Origin: Catajapyx aquilonaris
Taxonomy: Eukaryota
Direction: 5' to 3'
NCBI GenBank assembly: GCA_000934665.2
Contig: KZ538271.1
Coordinates: forward strand, 1 to 64,000
Length of the DNA: 64,000 nt
Shown here: positions 42,401 to 54,400 of the stretch, piece by piece
Layout: each line of letters begins with the position of its first letter
Numbering within the stretch: position 1 is the first letter of the stretch
Position numbers and translations under genes: made by a program
Notes under the pieces: model-generated
Seen by the model: the letters and a program-made list of their open reading frames with translations, nothing else
The model's database searches: none
Told to the model about the DNA's origin: nothing

Positions 42401-45400
42401 TTTGTGCCTGCAGCCCGATAGGAAATCGCATTATTCCAAATTTAAAAAAAAAGAAAGTCAGCCTTTGAGTTTTCCCCAGACCTTGGAATACTTTTTTTCT
42501 TGTGCGGAAGGAGATTTTTTTCTCTCTCTCTGTAAGATCGGGTCGGAATCGATTGGTCTCTTCCAGGATTTTTCCAGGCAGCTCGCAAGGACGTCGGCCC
42601 AATTTTTCTGGCCTCGTGCCTACCTTAATTAGTCTGCTAGGCACAGGTGAGGTCCCCCCCCCCCATCTCCCTTCTATTGCGGTCTAGTTTTGCGTGGAAA
42701 AAGTATGGTAAGGAATCGATAGTAGGCGGCTATCGTTCTCTCCAAGGCGATGATTGCAGGTCAAGAAAAAAGTCGATCCGATTTTTTTTTGGAGGGGGGA
42801 ACATAAAAAGAATTTGGGACATTTGTATAGGTCAAGTACATTGCAAAATACTGCATATCCTATATGAAAGCCTTTTTATACATATTTGCGATATTGATGG
42901 GAGGTTGTCCTTTTTTTTTAAAGTTCGCTTTTGCTAAATGTCAACTCTGCTGCCTTGCACTCTCTGAAAGTATCTGAAGCCAGCAAAAGCATTGTCCATA
43001 CTCCCAAATTTTTATGGAGAGAGCACTAAAAATTTTTCCTGGAGCCGTTACTCCAGATTTACGGTCCTTTTTTTGTGCACATACTTCAATGCGCAGAAAA
43101 AAATGAAGAATTGTGTATGGCGAATCTAAGATTGAATATTAATGTAATATTTTAGGTGTCCCAAGTCCACTTGAAAAAAAAACTGCTAAATTAATTACCT
43201 CTAAAACTGGTACGATCTTGAATTTTTTTTACGTCCATATGTTGCTATTTCAGCTACATACACAAATGTACCATTTATACCCAACTAGTACAAATAATCT
43301 ATGTCGCAATTTCCGCTGATGGGAAACTATAATAATAATAATAATAATCCTACATTTTGGGCATTTTTTTAAAAAGTGCGGTTTTTGGACTTTTCCCTGA
43401 ATCAGCGTCATGCAAGACATCTGTGTGCCAAGCTTCATATCTTTCAGTAGTCTGAAAGTGGGTTAGGTAGCCGTGACATACATACCAACAAACCTTCTGC
43501 TTTATATGATGTAGAGATGACAGTACATAATTTGAGTTACACCCCCATCAAAAGTGGACTTGGCTGTTTTTTAAAAAAAAATCTCATCAGACCTCTCATT
43601 TTGTGATTTAAAATATAATGTACAGTATGTATGTCTAGTCAATGTTTTCTGTCATTATTACTATGAACAGTACAGTACAAACTCAGTAATATATTTTTTA
43701 AAATAATTAATATTGCGAAACTATACTCAGCCAGATAATTTTCCCCTCCCCCCTTCATGCTATAGGGGTCATTTGGGGGAGATAATTTTTGATTGATTTT
43801 TATTTTTTGAGGTAGTCCTAGGTCATCTTGATTTCGAATGACCTTGTCTCCAGTACAACCTAGTTTGAGTTTAAAAAATGGTCATATTTTATTGTTTCTT
43901 TTTCTTCTTCTTCTTGACACCCCCCCCCCCCCNAGACTCGATATCTTTTTTGTACATCTTAGCTCGAATAGGGGGTTGGAGGGTAGGGGAGGGGGGGAAT
44001 GGGATACAGACGTGGCAACCTTGGCCGTATTTGCGGCAGTTTGCGCCGCGCGCCACCGCCGTCGGGACGTTCAATGTTGCCATAGCAACAGCCAAACATG
44101 ACCTCGGAGGGGGAATGGCGCATTTGTCAATATGCAGTCGCCTTGCATGGACCCCCCCTACCCCCAAACCACCACCCCACCATATCAACCCCCCCCACAC
44201 ACACATTCTACCTATTCCAAAACCACCACATTCCCAAATACACACACACATGTCCTATTTATCAATCAAACTTGCACTAAAGATAACATGGCCTATGCTA
44301 ATCAAGAAGCAACATTGATATCAACTCATTAAACTAGAAAAATCCTGGCTTCGTTTTTCTAGGCCGCAGGCCTAGAAAGCCACTTTCTTAGCTACCGGTT
44401 TTTTTCTAGGCCTATTAACACTACGACCTCCACCCCAGACCGCAGGCCTAGAAAAAAGCGAGCAAAGACAATGGATTTCCGGGCCTGCGGTCTGGGGTGG
44501 AGGACGTATTGTTAATAGGCCTAGAAAAAAAGGGGGCGAAGAGGGTGGCTTTCTTGGCCTGCGGTCTGGGGTGGAGAACGCTTTCTAGGCCTGCGGTCTG
44601 GGTTGGAGGACATTCCGTTAAGATGGCTATAGAAAAAGGGAGTGAATATGGTGGCTTTCTAGGCCTGCGGTCAGGAGTGGAGGCCGTATTTTTAATAGTT
44701 CTAGAAAAAAGGGGGCGAATATGGTGGCTTTCTGGGCCTGCGGTCTGGGATGGAGGACGTATTGTTAATAGGTCTAGAAAAAGGGGGGCGAATATGATGG
44801 CTTTCTAGGCCTGCGGTCAGGGGTGGAGGACGTATTGTTAATAGGCCTAGAAAAAAGGGGGCGAAGAGGGTGGCTTTCTTGGCCTGCGGTCTGGGTTGGA
44901 GGACATTTTGTTAAGATGGCTATAGAAAAAGGGAGTGAATATGGTGGCTTTCTAGGCCTGCGGTCTGTGGTGGAGGACGTATTGTTAATAGGTCTAGAAA
45001 GAAGGGGGCGAATATGGTGGCTTTCTAGGCCTGAGGTCTGTGATGGTAGATGACATTTTGTTAAGAGGTATAGAAAAAAAGAGAGCGAAGAGGGTGGCTT
45101 ACTAGGCCTGCGGTCTGGGGTGGAGGACGTATTGTTAATAGGTCTAGAAAAAGGGGAACGAATAGGGTGGCTTTCTAGGCCTGCGGTCTGGGGTGAAGGA
45201 CATTTTGTTAAGATGCCTAGAAAAAGGGAGTGAATATTTTTTTAGGCGTGCGGCCTGGGATAGAGGCCTCATTTCTTCGGACTTCAATAGAATGCACTTC
45301 TGGTGCCTCCCACTTTTCAAATTTCAATGGAATTCCTCAACAGTATGAACGAAAGGGCACTGTTTACTCGTATTGTTGTGTGAGGGGAGGCCAATCAGAA

Positions 45401-48400
45401 GGCATCACCAAACAACGCGTGATATTAATTTTTGATCTCATTTTTTCTTTCTTTTGCAGACGTTCGTAGTGATCAGTAAAGGGAAGGATATCTTCCGGTT
45501 CAGTGCCACTGATGCCGTGTGGATGCTGAGCCCGTTCAGTCCTCTTCGGCGAACTGCCATTGGAGTCCTCGTTCATCCAGTCTTTTCCCTAGTCATCATT
45601 ACCACCATCCTGGTCAATTGTGTCCTCATGATCATGCCCCCTAGTTCCCAAATAGAATCCACCGAGTGAGTATAACACACAAAATATATTTTCATAACTT
45701 CCAATTACAAATTTTTTGCCCCCCCAATCTGACACCTATGTACTACTTGAACCTATTTTTAAAACAAATCTGTTTGTCGTTGTGTTTGTCCCTCTTGGAT
45801 CCTTCAAGGATTTGCAAGTCTTCATGAAAGAACCTTGCATCGCCTTTGTTTGGATGGCATTTTTTGTTCAAAATCTTATCAAGTGATCTGACCGCAAAGA
45901 AATTGATTCGTTTAGACCTTTTCAGGTATTACCACTGGCTGGATATTGACCAATTAAACACCTGTACTGAAACTATGTTTTAATAACAATCAGTCAGTGG
46001 AAACCTGATATCTTGGATCAAAATGAAGCAGTTTCTTTTAAAGAAGTTTTATTCTCCTGTGTTGCAAGTCACTTGGAAGACTTTGACTCTGACCCATTCA
46101 CTTCTTGTGTCCAAAATAGCCATTCAATAATCTCAAAAGAAACAGTTGGCCACTCGCCTGAAAGGGGGGTGGCATAGGTATTTGAGAGGGACGTTGGCCC
46201 ATATATTATCCAAAAGACAGTGTGCAAAAAGTACTGGACAACCTTTTGCTTCCATTAGATAGAGTGTCAGTAGTAATGAGTTCTCTAGAACGAATCCAGC
46301 CCACCCTTTTAAAAGCCCAACTAGCAGGGGCTTCTCTTGTCGTTTTATCTTTGTCATCTAGATTTATTTTTTAAAATAGCAATGAACTGACACTTTGTGT
46401 ATTTTTTTAAAAAAAGAAAATAAGCCAAAAGACGGATAAAAAAAATTTCTTTTGATGTCTAACCGGTGTGGGGCCCCGCTGCTTCACCTTTCAGAGTCCT
46501 TTTCACCTGCATCTACACCTTCGAGTCCGCCGTCAAAGTCATGGCTCGCGGGTTCATCCTCCAACCATTTACCTACCTTAGGGATGCATGGAACTGGCTG
46601 GATTTCGTAGTGATAACTTTAGCGTGAGTAGGAGAATTAGAAAGAGAGACAGAACCTAGATTTAACTACAACATACTGTAGTCTCCTGTAGATCAAAACC
46701 AGTCAAACTTACCAGAGTATGACATCCTGTTATGTGCTGGTAATTTTGGCTGTCAATCCAAACCTTTTTTTTTGGATAGAAATTGTCACCTGCAATCCTA
46801 ATAACAGTAGATGTGGCAGTAATTTAATTGTTGTAGATTGTTGGTACCCACTTTATTATTTTTGCACGATAATTAAAGGAAGAATAAAAAAGCATCAAAT
46901 CAAAAGATTGAGAAGAAGTGGCCTGTGTGTGTGTAATTGCACAAAACTCTGCAATTGAATGCAATAATTTTTGAATTATTTTCAAATGCAGTGTTTTCCA
47001 AACAAGTGGCTTGATTCTGTGTGTAAAAATTTTATGATGTGTACAGTGTATATCTCATAATATCGCAGGTTGAAACGTAACCTCTCGTGAAATTGGTCCT
47101 TTGCGAATTTGTTCACCATACTCATATTCGCAATTTTTATCGAGGAACCAAGCCTCTCTGGTATAATGCACATTGCATGTTGCAAGTACAAAAAAAAGTA
47201 CATGGCCTGAAATAATACTGAATTTTATTTTGCCCAAATTTTCAGGTATGTAACCATGGGTATTGACCTAGGTAACTTGGCGGCCTTGCGTACCTTCCGA
47301 GTCCTTAGAGCCTTGAAGACTGTGGCCATTATTCCAGGTAACCTGTACTTTGATTGCAGTGATGTTGGTTTGCATAATAATTGATTGGGGGGGGGGGAAA
47401 TGTATTTAAAAATTTTCATGCTGAATATTTTAATGTCAGGTTTGAAAACCATCGTGGGTGCCGTGATCGAGTCCGTGAAAAACCTGCGGGATGTGATCAT
47501 TCTTACCATGTTCTCGCTTGCCGTCTTTGCCTTAATGGGTCTACAGATCTACATGGGTGTACTCACGCAGAAATGCATACTCACCATTCGAGACGAGTGG
47601 AATTTCTCAAAAGAAATGAGAGAAACCTGGTTGAAAAACACAGGTTGGTAATTATTGAAATTTTTAAAATGCAGATTTTAATGAGTTTTTTTTGGCAGGT
47701 AATTGGCATTGGGGAGATGATCTTCCACGTGACCGTTGGTACGACCCATTACCAGGGTACGACCCTCCACTTTGTGGGAACAGCAGCGGAGCAGGGTAAA
47801 AAAAATATAATTAAAAATAATATTTGAATTTTAACTAGATTTATGATTTAAAAAAATGTTGTGTCCACACAGGAAATGTCCGGACAACTACACCTGCATG
47901 CAAGGTTACGGGCGTAACCCAAACTACGGATACACGAGTTTCGATACTTTCGGCTGGTCTTTTCTTTCTGCCTTTAGACTGATGACCCAAGATTTTTGGG
48001 AGAATCTTTACCAGCAGGTAATGTGCTGATGACCTTTTTTTCTTGTGACATCAAATCAAGGGGGTAATCACTCCGGTGTACACCTGAGAGTGGTACTCCT
48101 CAGGTACCTCACTCTGAATTTATTACTCCTTGGTACTCCTGTGTACACTTTACGGCCGAGTGCTTACCCCCTTGCATCAAATGGTCTAATGAATGTCTTC
48201 AAATTGTAGATTCTTCGGACTGCGGGTCCATGGCACATGCTCTTTTTTATTGTGATCATCTTCCTTGGGTCATTCTACTTGGTGAACCTTATCTTGGCCA
48301 TTGTCGCCATGTCCTACGATGAGTTGCAGAAGAAGGCCGAAGAGGAGGATATGGCCGCAGCAGCTGAAGAAGAAGCTCTCAGGGTCAGCTGTCGTTTTAT

Positions 48401-51400
48401 CAAACAGTTGTAGTCATGAGCTGTTGGTTTAAAGTTAACATCAATTTTTACAGCAAGAAGCTGAAGAAGCGGCTGAAAAGGCAGCAGGTGGAGGAAGGAG
48501 AAGAGGCAAAGGCGATGGAGAGAGTGTGGTCAAGTCTCCATCAGACTTTTCCTGCCACAGTTACGAGCTTTTTGTGGGTCAGGAAAAGGGTAACGATGAT
48601 AACAACAAGGAGAAGATGAGCATCAAATCCGACGGTGGAGATTCGGTTAGTGAGCACAGAAGTCGAGCCAATGGGAAGGTGGCACGAAAGGTAAGGAAAA
48701 ATATATCCTCTTCAATAATCAGTCACTGCCACCAAAAAAAAAATATTAAGAAGTCCGAAAAAATAATAATTGACAATTTAATCTGATTCGAAATGAGCTG
48801 GGCTTTGATGGGAATGCCCCCACTGCAATTTTTATTATCTCTTCATCCCATATTTTTCCTGGACGTCCGGCCCACATTATTTCACTTATTCACTCACATT
48901 TAACACACACTCACCACCCACATGACACAACACAGCACTTGTGTTTCATTTTGGGACTCGAAAGCACTATTTTGACTCTTTATATCTATTACTTTTGTGT
49001 TGATTTGTCTTTGTTTTCAAGTGTATCGTTTGTCTATTCGTGCACCCTGTGGCGCACAATGGACATGCTATGGCCTGCTGACAGATCTGGAAATGTTTTA
49101 TTTTTGTGTTTTTGTTGCTTTTTTTGTAGCCTTTATATATGGCCATGCTTGCCGCATTTGTTTCTAATGCGACAAACTCTTTTTTTTTAAATGCACCAGA
49201 CGTAACTCCAGGAAGTGGTGCAGCTCTTAACCTTTAACCTCATGTCCTGCGCTGCAAATATTCTTAAGCTTTGCTACATATTAACGATAAATTTTTTAAT
49301 GAGCGCAACCAAGTGCGCACCCACACTCGCGCAGCTCCAACAACGTTGCCAGAGTTACTCCCCAGAGGTCACACCCGTAGTCTGCAGAGCTTTGGCAATG
49401 TCGCAAAAATAAGTGCAACGGGACCGCCTCCCTGACCGCCAATTTCCTTTACCGCTAACACATATTTTCCTTTACCGCCAAAAGTCCTGACCGCCAATTT
49501 CCTTTACCGCTAACACATATTTTCCTTTACCGCCAAAAGTCCTGACCGCCAATTTCCTTTACCGCTAACACACATTTTCCTTTACCGCCAAAAGTCCTGA
49601 CCGCCAATTTCCTTTTCCGCCAAAAGTCCCGACAGCAATGGAAATTGGCGGTCAGGACTTTTGGCGGTAAAGGAAATTGGCGGTCAGGCAGGCGACCCAG
49701 TGCAACGCAGTACAGTGCTGGACATATTAGCAGTCCCTATATGATTTCTTCGGTGTTGGTGGCACTGTGCTACCTGGGCGTTCGGCGTTGGCGCCAACAA
49801 TGGCAAGAACACCGTAAGCACGAATCACGGGGTGATGTCTGAAGTCGCCCTCCTACTCCCGGTGGCGGCGCGGTTGCCAGGTAGAGCCGAGCCGCCACCG
49901 CGGGAGTAGGAGGGCGACTTCAGACATCACCCCGTGATTCGTGCTTACAGTGTTCTTACCATTGTTTCCGCCAAAGCCGAAAAATAAACATTTAGGGACT
50001 GCTAATATGTCCAGCACTGCACATACACTATACATTGGGAACAGTGCAGGCTGCGCGAACTGTGATGCGCACTCAGTTGCGTTCGTTAAAGAATTCATCT
50101 GTAGTTCATATTTTTCACACACCATTCATTGTGTCATATTTTTGTTCATTGTCATCTGTGTACATTCTACATAGTCACCAATTTTTGTGCCAACACGTAC
50201 AAAGCTTGAAGCAGTGTCCTTCTTCCCACCTCTGTTTTCTTTCCTTTGATTTATTGTCGGAATATCAGGCAGGTCGGCCCCACTCCTTGTTTCACTGTCT
50301 GCTGCGGAAACATCATTACGATACACCTCCATATACAAAATCATATCCGGTTGGTCAGGGTTCGGTTTGATGATGAAGTAGTAGGGGTTGTTAGTTTGTT
50401 GTATAGGGTAGTTGGGTGGTTGTATGACCCTTTTCGAGAGAGGCAAGGTCTTCCTGGTTTATCGTTGCAGGCGAGCCTGAGCCTGCCAGGCTCTCCTTTC
50501 AACCTGAGGAGGGGCAGTAGGGGCAGCCACCAGTTCACTTGGCGCAACGGTCGGCGGTTCGGAGACCGCAAGCCCCTGGTGCTGTCCACCTACTTGGACG
50601 CTCAGGAGCACTTACCATACGCAGACGACTCCACCGCGGTCACTCCCATGTCAGAGGAGAACGGGGCCATCTTCGTGCCCGTCTACACCACGCTGGGCTC
50701 GCGACACTCTTCCTACACCTCGCACGCATCCCGACTCTCCTACACCTCCCACGGTGACCTCCTCAACGGAAAGGTGGTCACCAAGCAGGACCAGTTGCGA
50801 GCAAGGACGCGCAATAATCACAACTATGTGCCCGAGGTCATAGTGGACAGTACTAAGCACCACACCCCTGATTTTGTGAGTAGCGGCTGACCTGTGGCAT
50901 GCCTGGCTGCGACTGCCTGTCCTCTCACTTTTCACTTATATGCTCTTTAACTACCCCTGGTCCTCATCTAACCCCCCCAGTCAAATTGCAATGCCCAATG
51001 AGCTGGACTTGTGCTGGTCATTAATGGTGTTACACTGGTGGCGCCAAATGCCGATGCGGCAAAAGAGCGAAACGAAATATGACTCCGTATGACCACCTTT
51101 ATTTTGTTACAAATGAAGTGAAGACGGTCATATGGAGGGCAATTGTCGAAATTTGCCTCCGTATATGACCACCTTCACTTTGTCATCAATCAAGTGAAGA
51201 CCGGTCATACTGAGGGGAATATTTGATTCGCTCTTTCGATGCCATCGGCTAGTGGCTTCACCAGTACGACAAAAGAGCGATACTAAATTTGACTCAGTAT
51301 GACCACCTTCACTTTGTCATATTCAAGTGAAGATGGTCACACTGATGGCATTTTTTTTAAATTCACTCTTTTGACGCCAATGGCTCGTGGCGCCACCAGT

Positions 51401-54400
51401 TCGACACCCATTAATTGACCAGCACAGAACCGAAACAAATTTGCCAAATTTTACCTCCCCCACATTTTAACACTGTAAGATGGGAGGGACAAAGAGAAGC
51501 AAAAGCAAATATATAAAAATATGCAAATGACACCAAAATAGCACATTAAAGCTAAAACCAATTATGCAAAACTGGTTTCTTTTGCAAAAAAAATACATAA
51601 TGAAGGAAATATTGTTCAATGACATCAATTCAAAAGTCCAGCATTACACGTATCATTGGAGCAGTTTTTGATAACTTTTTTTTATTCCCGTCGTCTCTCT
51701 TTTGGAATTAATGATGATATTTGAATTTATTGGTTCAGATTCGACCCTTTCATTGTTGGGATCAATAGAGGCAAGTCAAACACCCCTATTTGTTACCCAT
51801 GCTGTCCACGTTCAAAAACCCTAACGTTTCAGCGCCGAATAGGCCGCTACTAGAAAAAAATAAACATGTGTTATAGACAGTAGTTGTTGGAATGCGCATG
51901 TCCCTCATTAGATCAGGAATAGAAATATTTCTATTTAAAATAATAGGCAGTCTTTATTATATATATATATTTTTGGATATGGTTTTATTTTTGGTCTACA
52001 ATATTACGCGTACAATAGATGTGTGGTTATGTGGCTGATTGTGATTTGTTTGGAAACGTAGGCCAGATTGTACTAGTGAATAGTTTCGACCTTCGATAGT
52101 TTTAGGTGTAATAATTGTCTTTTTTTGGGGAAGAAAATCCTGCGGCCAAATCTTACGTTATGGAAGAACTCTGCTGTGTAACAAATAAAAAAACCAAGGC
52201 ACAATTTTTTTTTGTGATACACCTGCTAATTACACTGTACGTGAGCATGACTCATGCACACACAATGTACACTATACGCACACATTTAACGCACCGCCTC
52301 ACTTAATCGCATGTGATGGAAAGAACTGATGAATTTTATTGTGGAGTCCGTGTCCAGTCCCGCGAAACAAAATATTATACACCACCCTCCAAAAAAATAT
52401 GCAAAAAATAAGAGCCCGAATTTTGTTTGACAAAAAAAAACACGAATCCGAAAAAAAGGGAAGAAAAATCTTGTTGTCCCCGCAATTTTTGATAGTCTAT
52501 TATTTTGTTTTCTGTCTGTATATAGTTGGAGCGCAAGATCCTTCAGGCTCTTCCTGGCAAAGAAGGGACTTTGCACAGACGCGAAGACGTGGTCATAGAT
52601 AACATCATAAGGGAGATCTTTGGTTCCGAAGTCAACATTGACTTTATTGACAAGGAAGCAGTAAGTACTAACTCCATTCCAAAGCAGCTCATCTTCGTCC
52701 AACTTCCGGGGGTTATTTATATATATGGTCTATTGAAATTTATATTTAAAAAAAAAATACTTGGATCAACAACTCGTTGTGTTTCCGTTGGCTTGTTGAA
52801 CACTCAGCTGAGGGCACACGCATGAAAAAATCAGCACAACATATTCACAACTATTCACACTATGCATGGAGCACCAGGGGACATGTTCTCTTCATACACA
52901 TAACGGTTATGTGGAAGGCATTTTTTTGCCTCCGGATGACCCCCACCTTCACCTGATTAAGCATGATGAAACTAACGGATATCCACAGGTTCAGCTGATC
53001 AGTTCTTTCGTGTTTATCTGAAGCCAATTGCATGGACACAAAGTCACACACTCTATTTATGATAATATCACAGCTCTCACTCCCTTCAAAAAATGTTCTT
53101 CCATAAGGTTAGATCCAGCGCCGTTTATTTTTTTAAATGTGATTATTTGTTGGAGAGATTTTTTTAAAAAAAATATATGACATAGCACTGAATCTATGAT
53201 TCCTTCTCCTCCCACCATCCAGGGGAGATCTTACTACTCCCTCGCGTCTTTAACCCACGCTTTTCCTGAGGTAGGCTGCAAATTTTTACTGTGTGTGCAC
53301 ACATTGCCACCTGTGTGCCCACCCTCCCCCACTTTCGGCCGCCTTTATTGTGTCTGGAATAATATTTTATTATAAATTTTTTTAAAGAAAAATGATCTTT
53401 CGCTTCCTTTGCCTGCTGCCTTTTGGAAGCACTTTTTGTCTGGCTTTTTGTCTGAAATTTTTTGGAGCCTCTCTCTCTCATGCCTTGTGTGTATGTTGGG
53501 TGTGTTTGATAGTGCACTTTTTTCTCTCTCTTTACAGCATCAGTGTGCATCTTAGTCTGCATCTTTGTCACTGAGCTGTGTTGTCATTTAGTCGTATTTG
53601 TACATGAGGAAAGAGAAAATGTTTATGAGCTTTTCTAATTAAATAATTGGCATTTTTCAATCAATATTGTCTGCTCTTCTACTTCTTCCAAAGTTTGTTT
53701 TCCTGCTTAGGCATATCATGCTGCTTATCTGCCTAACTTTTTTTAAAGCGTTTAAAGGCAACATAAAACACACTGAGAGCAATGTACTTTTTTGAAATTT
53801 ACTAAATGGGGGTAGCCATTTTTATGCTTGCTTTTTTGGGACACGACCAAATCTACCAAAAAAAAACCAATACATTTCACGAATGAAGGTGTCAGTGAAT
53901 ACAGGTTGTCTAATATGTGATTGTCCATATAACAGGAGTCGTCGATGGACAGTGAAGACTGTGCGACCAAAGGGAAACATCAGGACAACCCGTTCGTCGA
54001 ACATCCTCAAAGGCACACGGTTGTTGACATGAAAGGTATGTCACTTTGAGATGAATATAGTTCAACTAATTAACACTCGATTAAATTTCAGATGTTATGG
54101 TGCTAAATGATATCATCGAACAGGCAGCAGGCAGGCAAAGTAAAGCCAGTGAGAGAGGAGGTATGTGTTTATGTCAGTTTGGGGAGGGGCAGGGTTTTTT
54201 TTATATAGGTAAATGTTTGTGTTGCGATCGACATTTGTTGTGTTCAGTGTGTCCAAACCATGCCTTGAACTCTTATTGTTTGGAATTTACAAAAGCATGT
54301 GTATATCCTATAGGGGGGGGATGTGAATCGTTTTTTTAAAATTTTTTTGCAGAATCCAAATATTAGGGAGGCATGATGTCCACAACTGTCCATGTTCTGT

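Noticed and set aside
44334..45260. Regularly spaced repeats (also 4010-4790, 21020-21620, 29370-29710, 49430-49630) superficially like CRISPR arrays
   Set aside because: The inter-repeat segments are themselves repeated rather than unique spacers, there are no cas genes, and the context is a eukaryotic intron or intergenic region.
50246..50470. Long open frame upstream of the 50471 acceptor (214-aa ORF in the track)
   Set aside because: Homology to para begins exactly at the CAG acceptor; the upstream part looks intronic and has no supported splice site.
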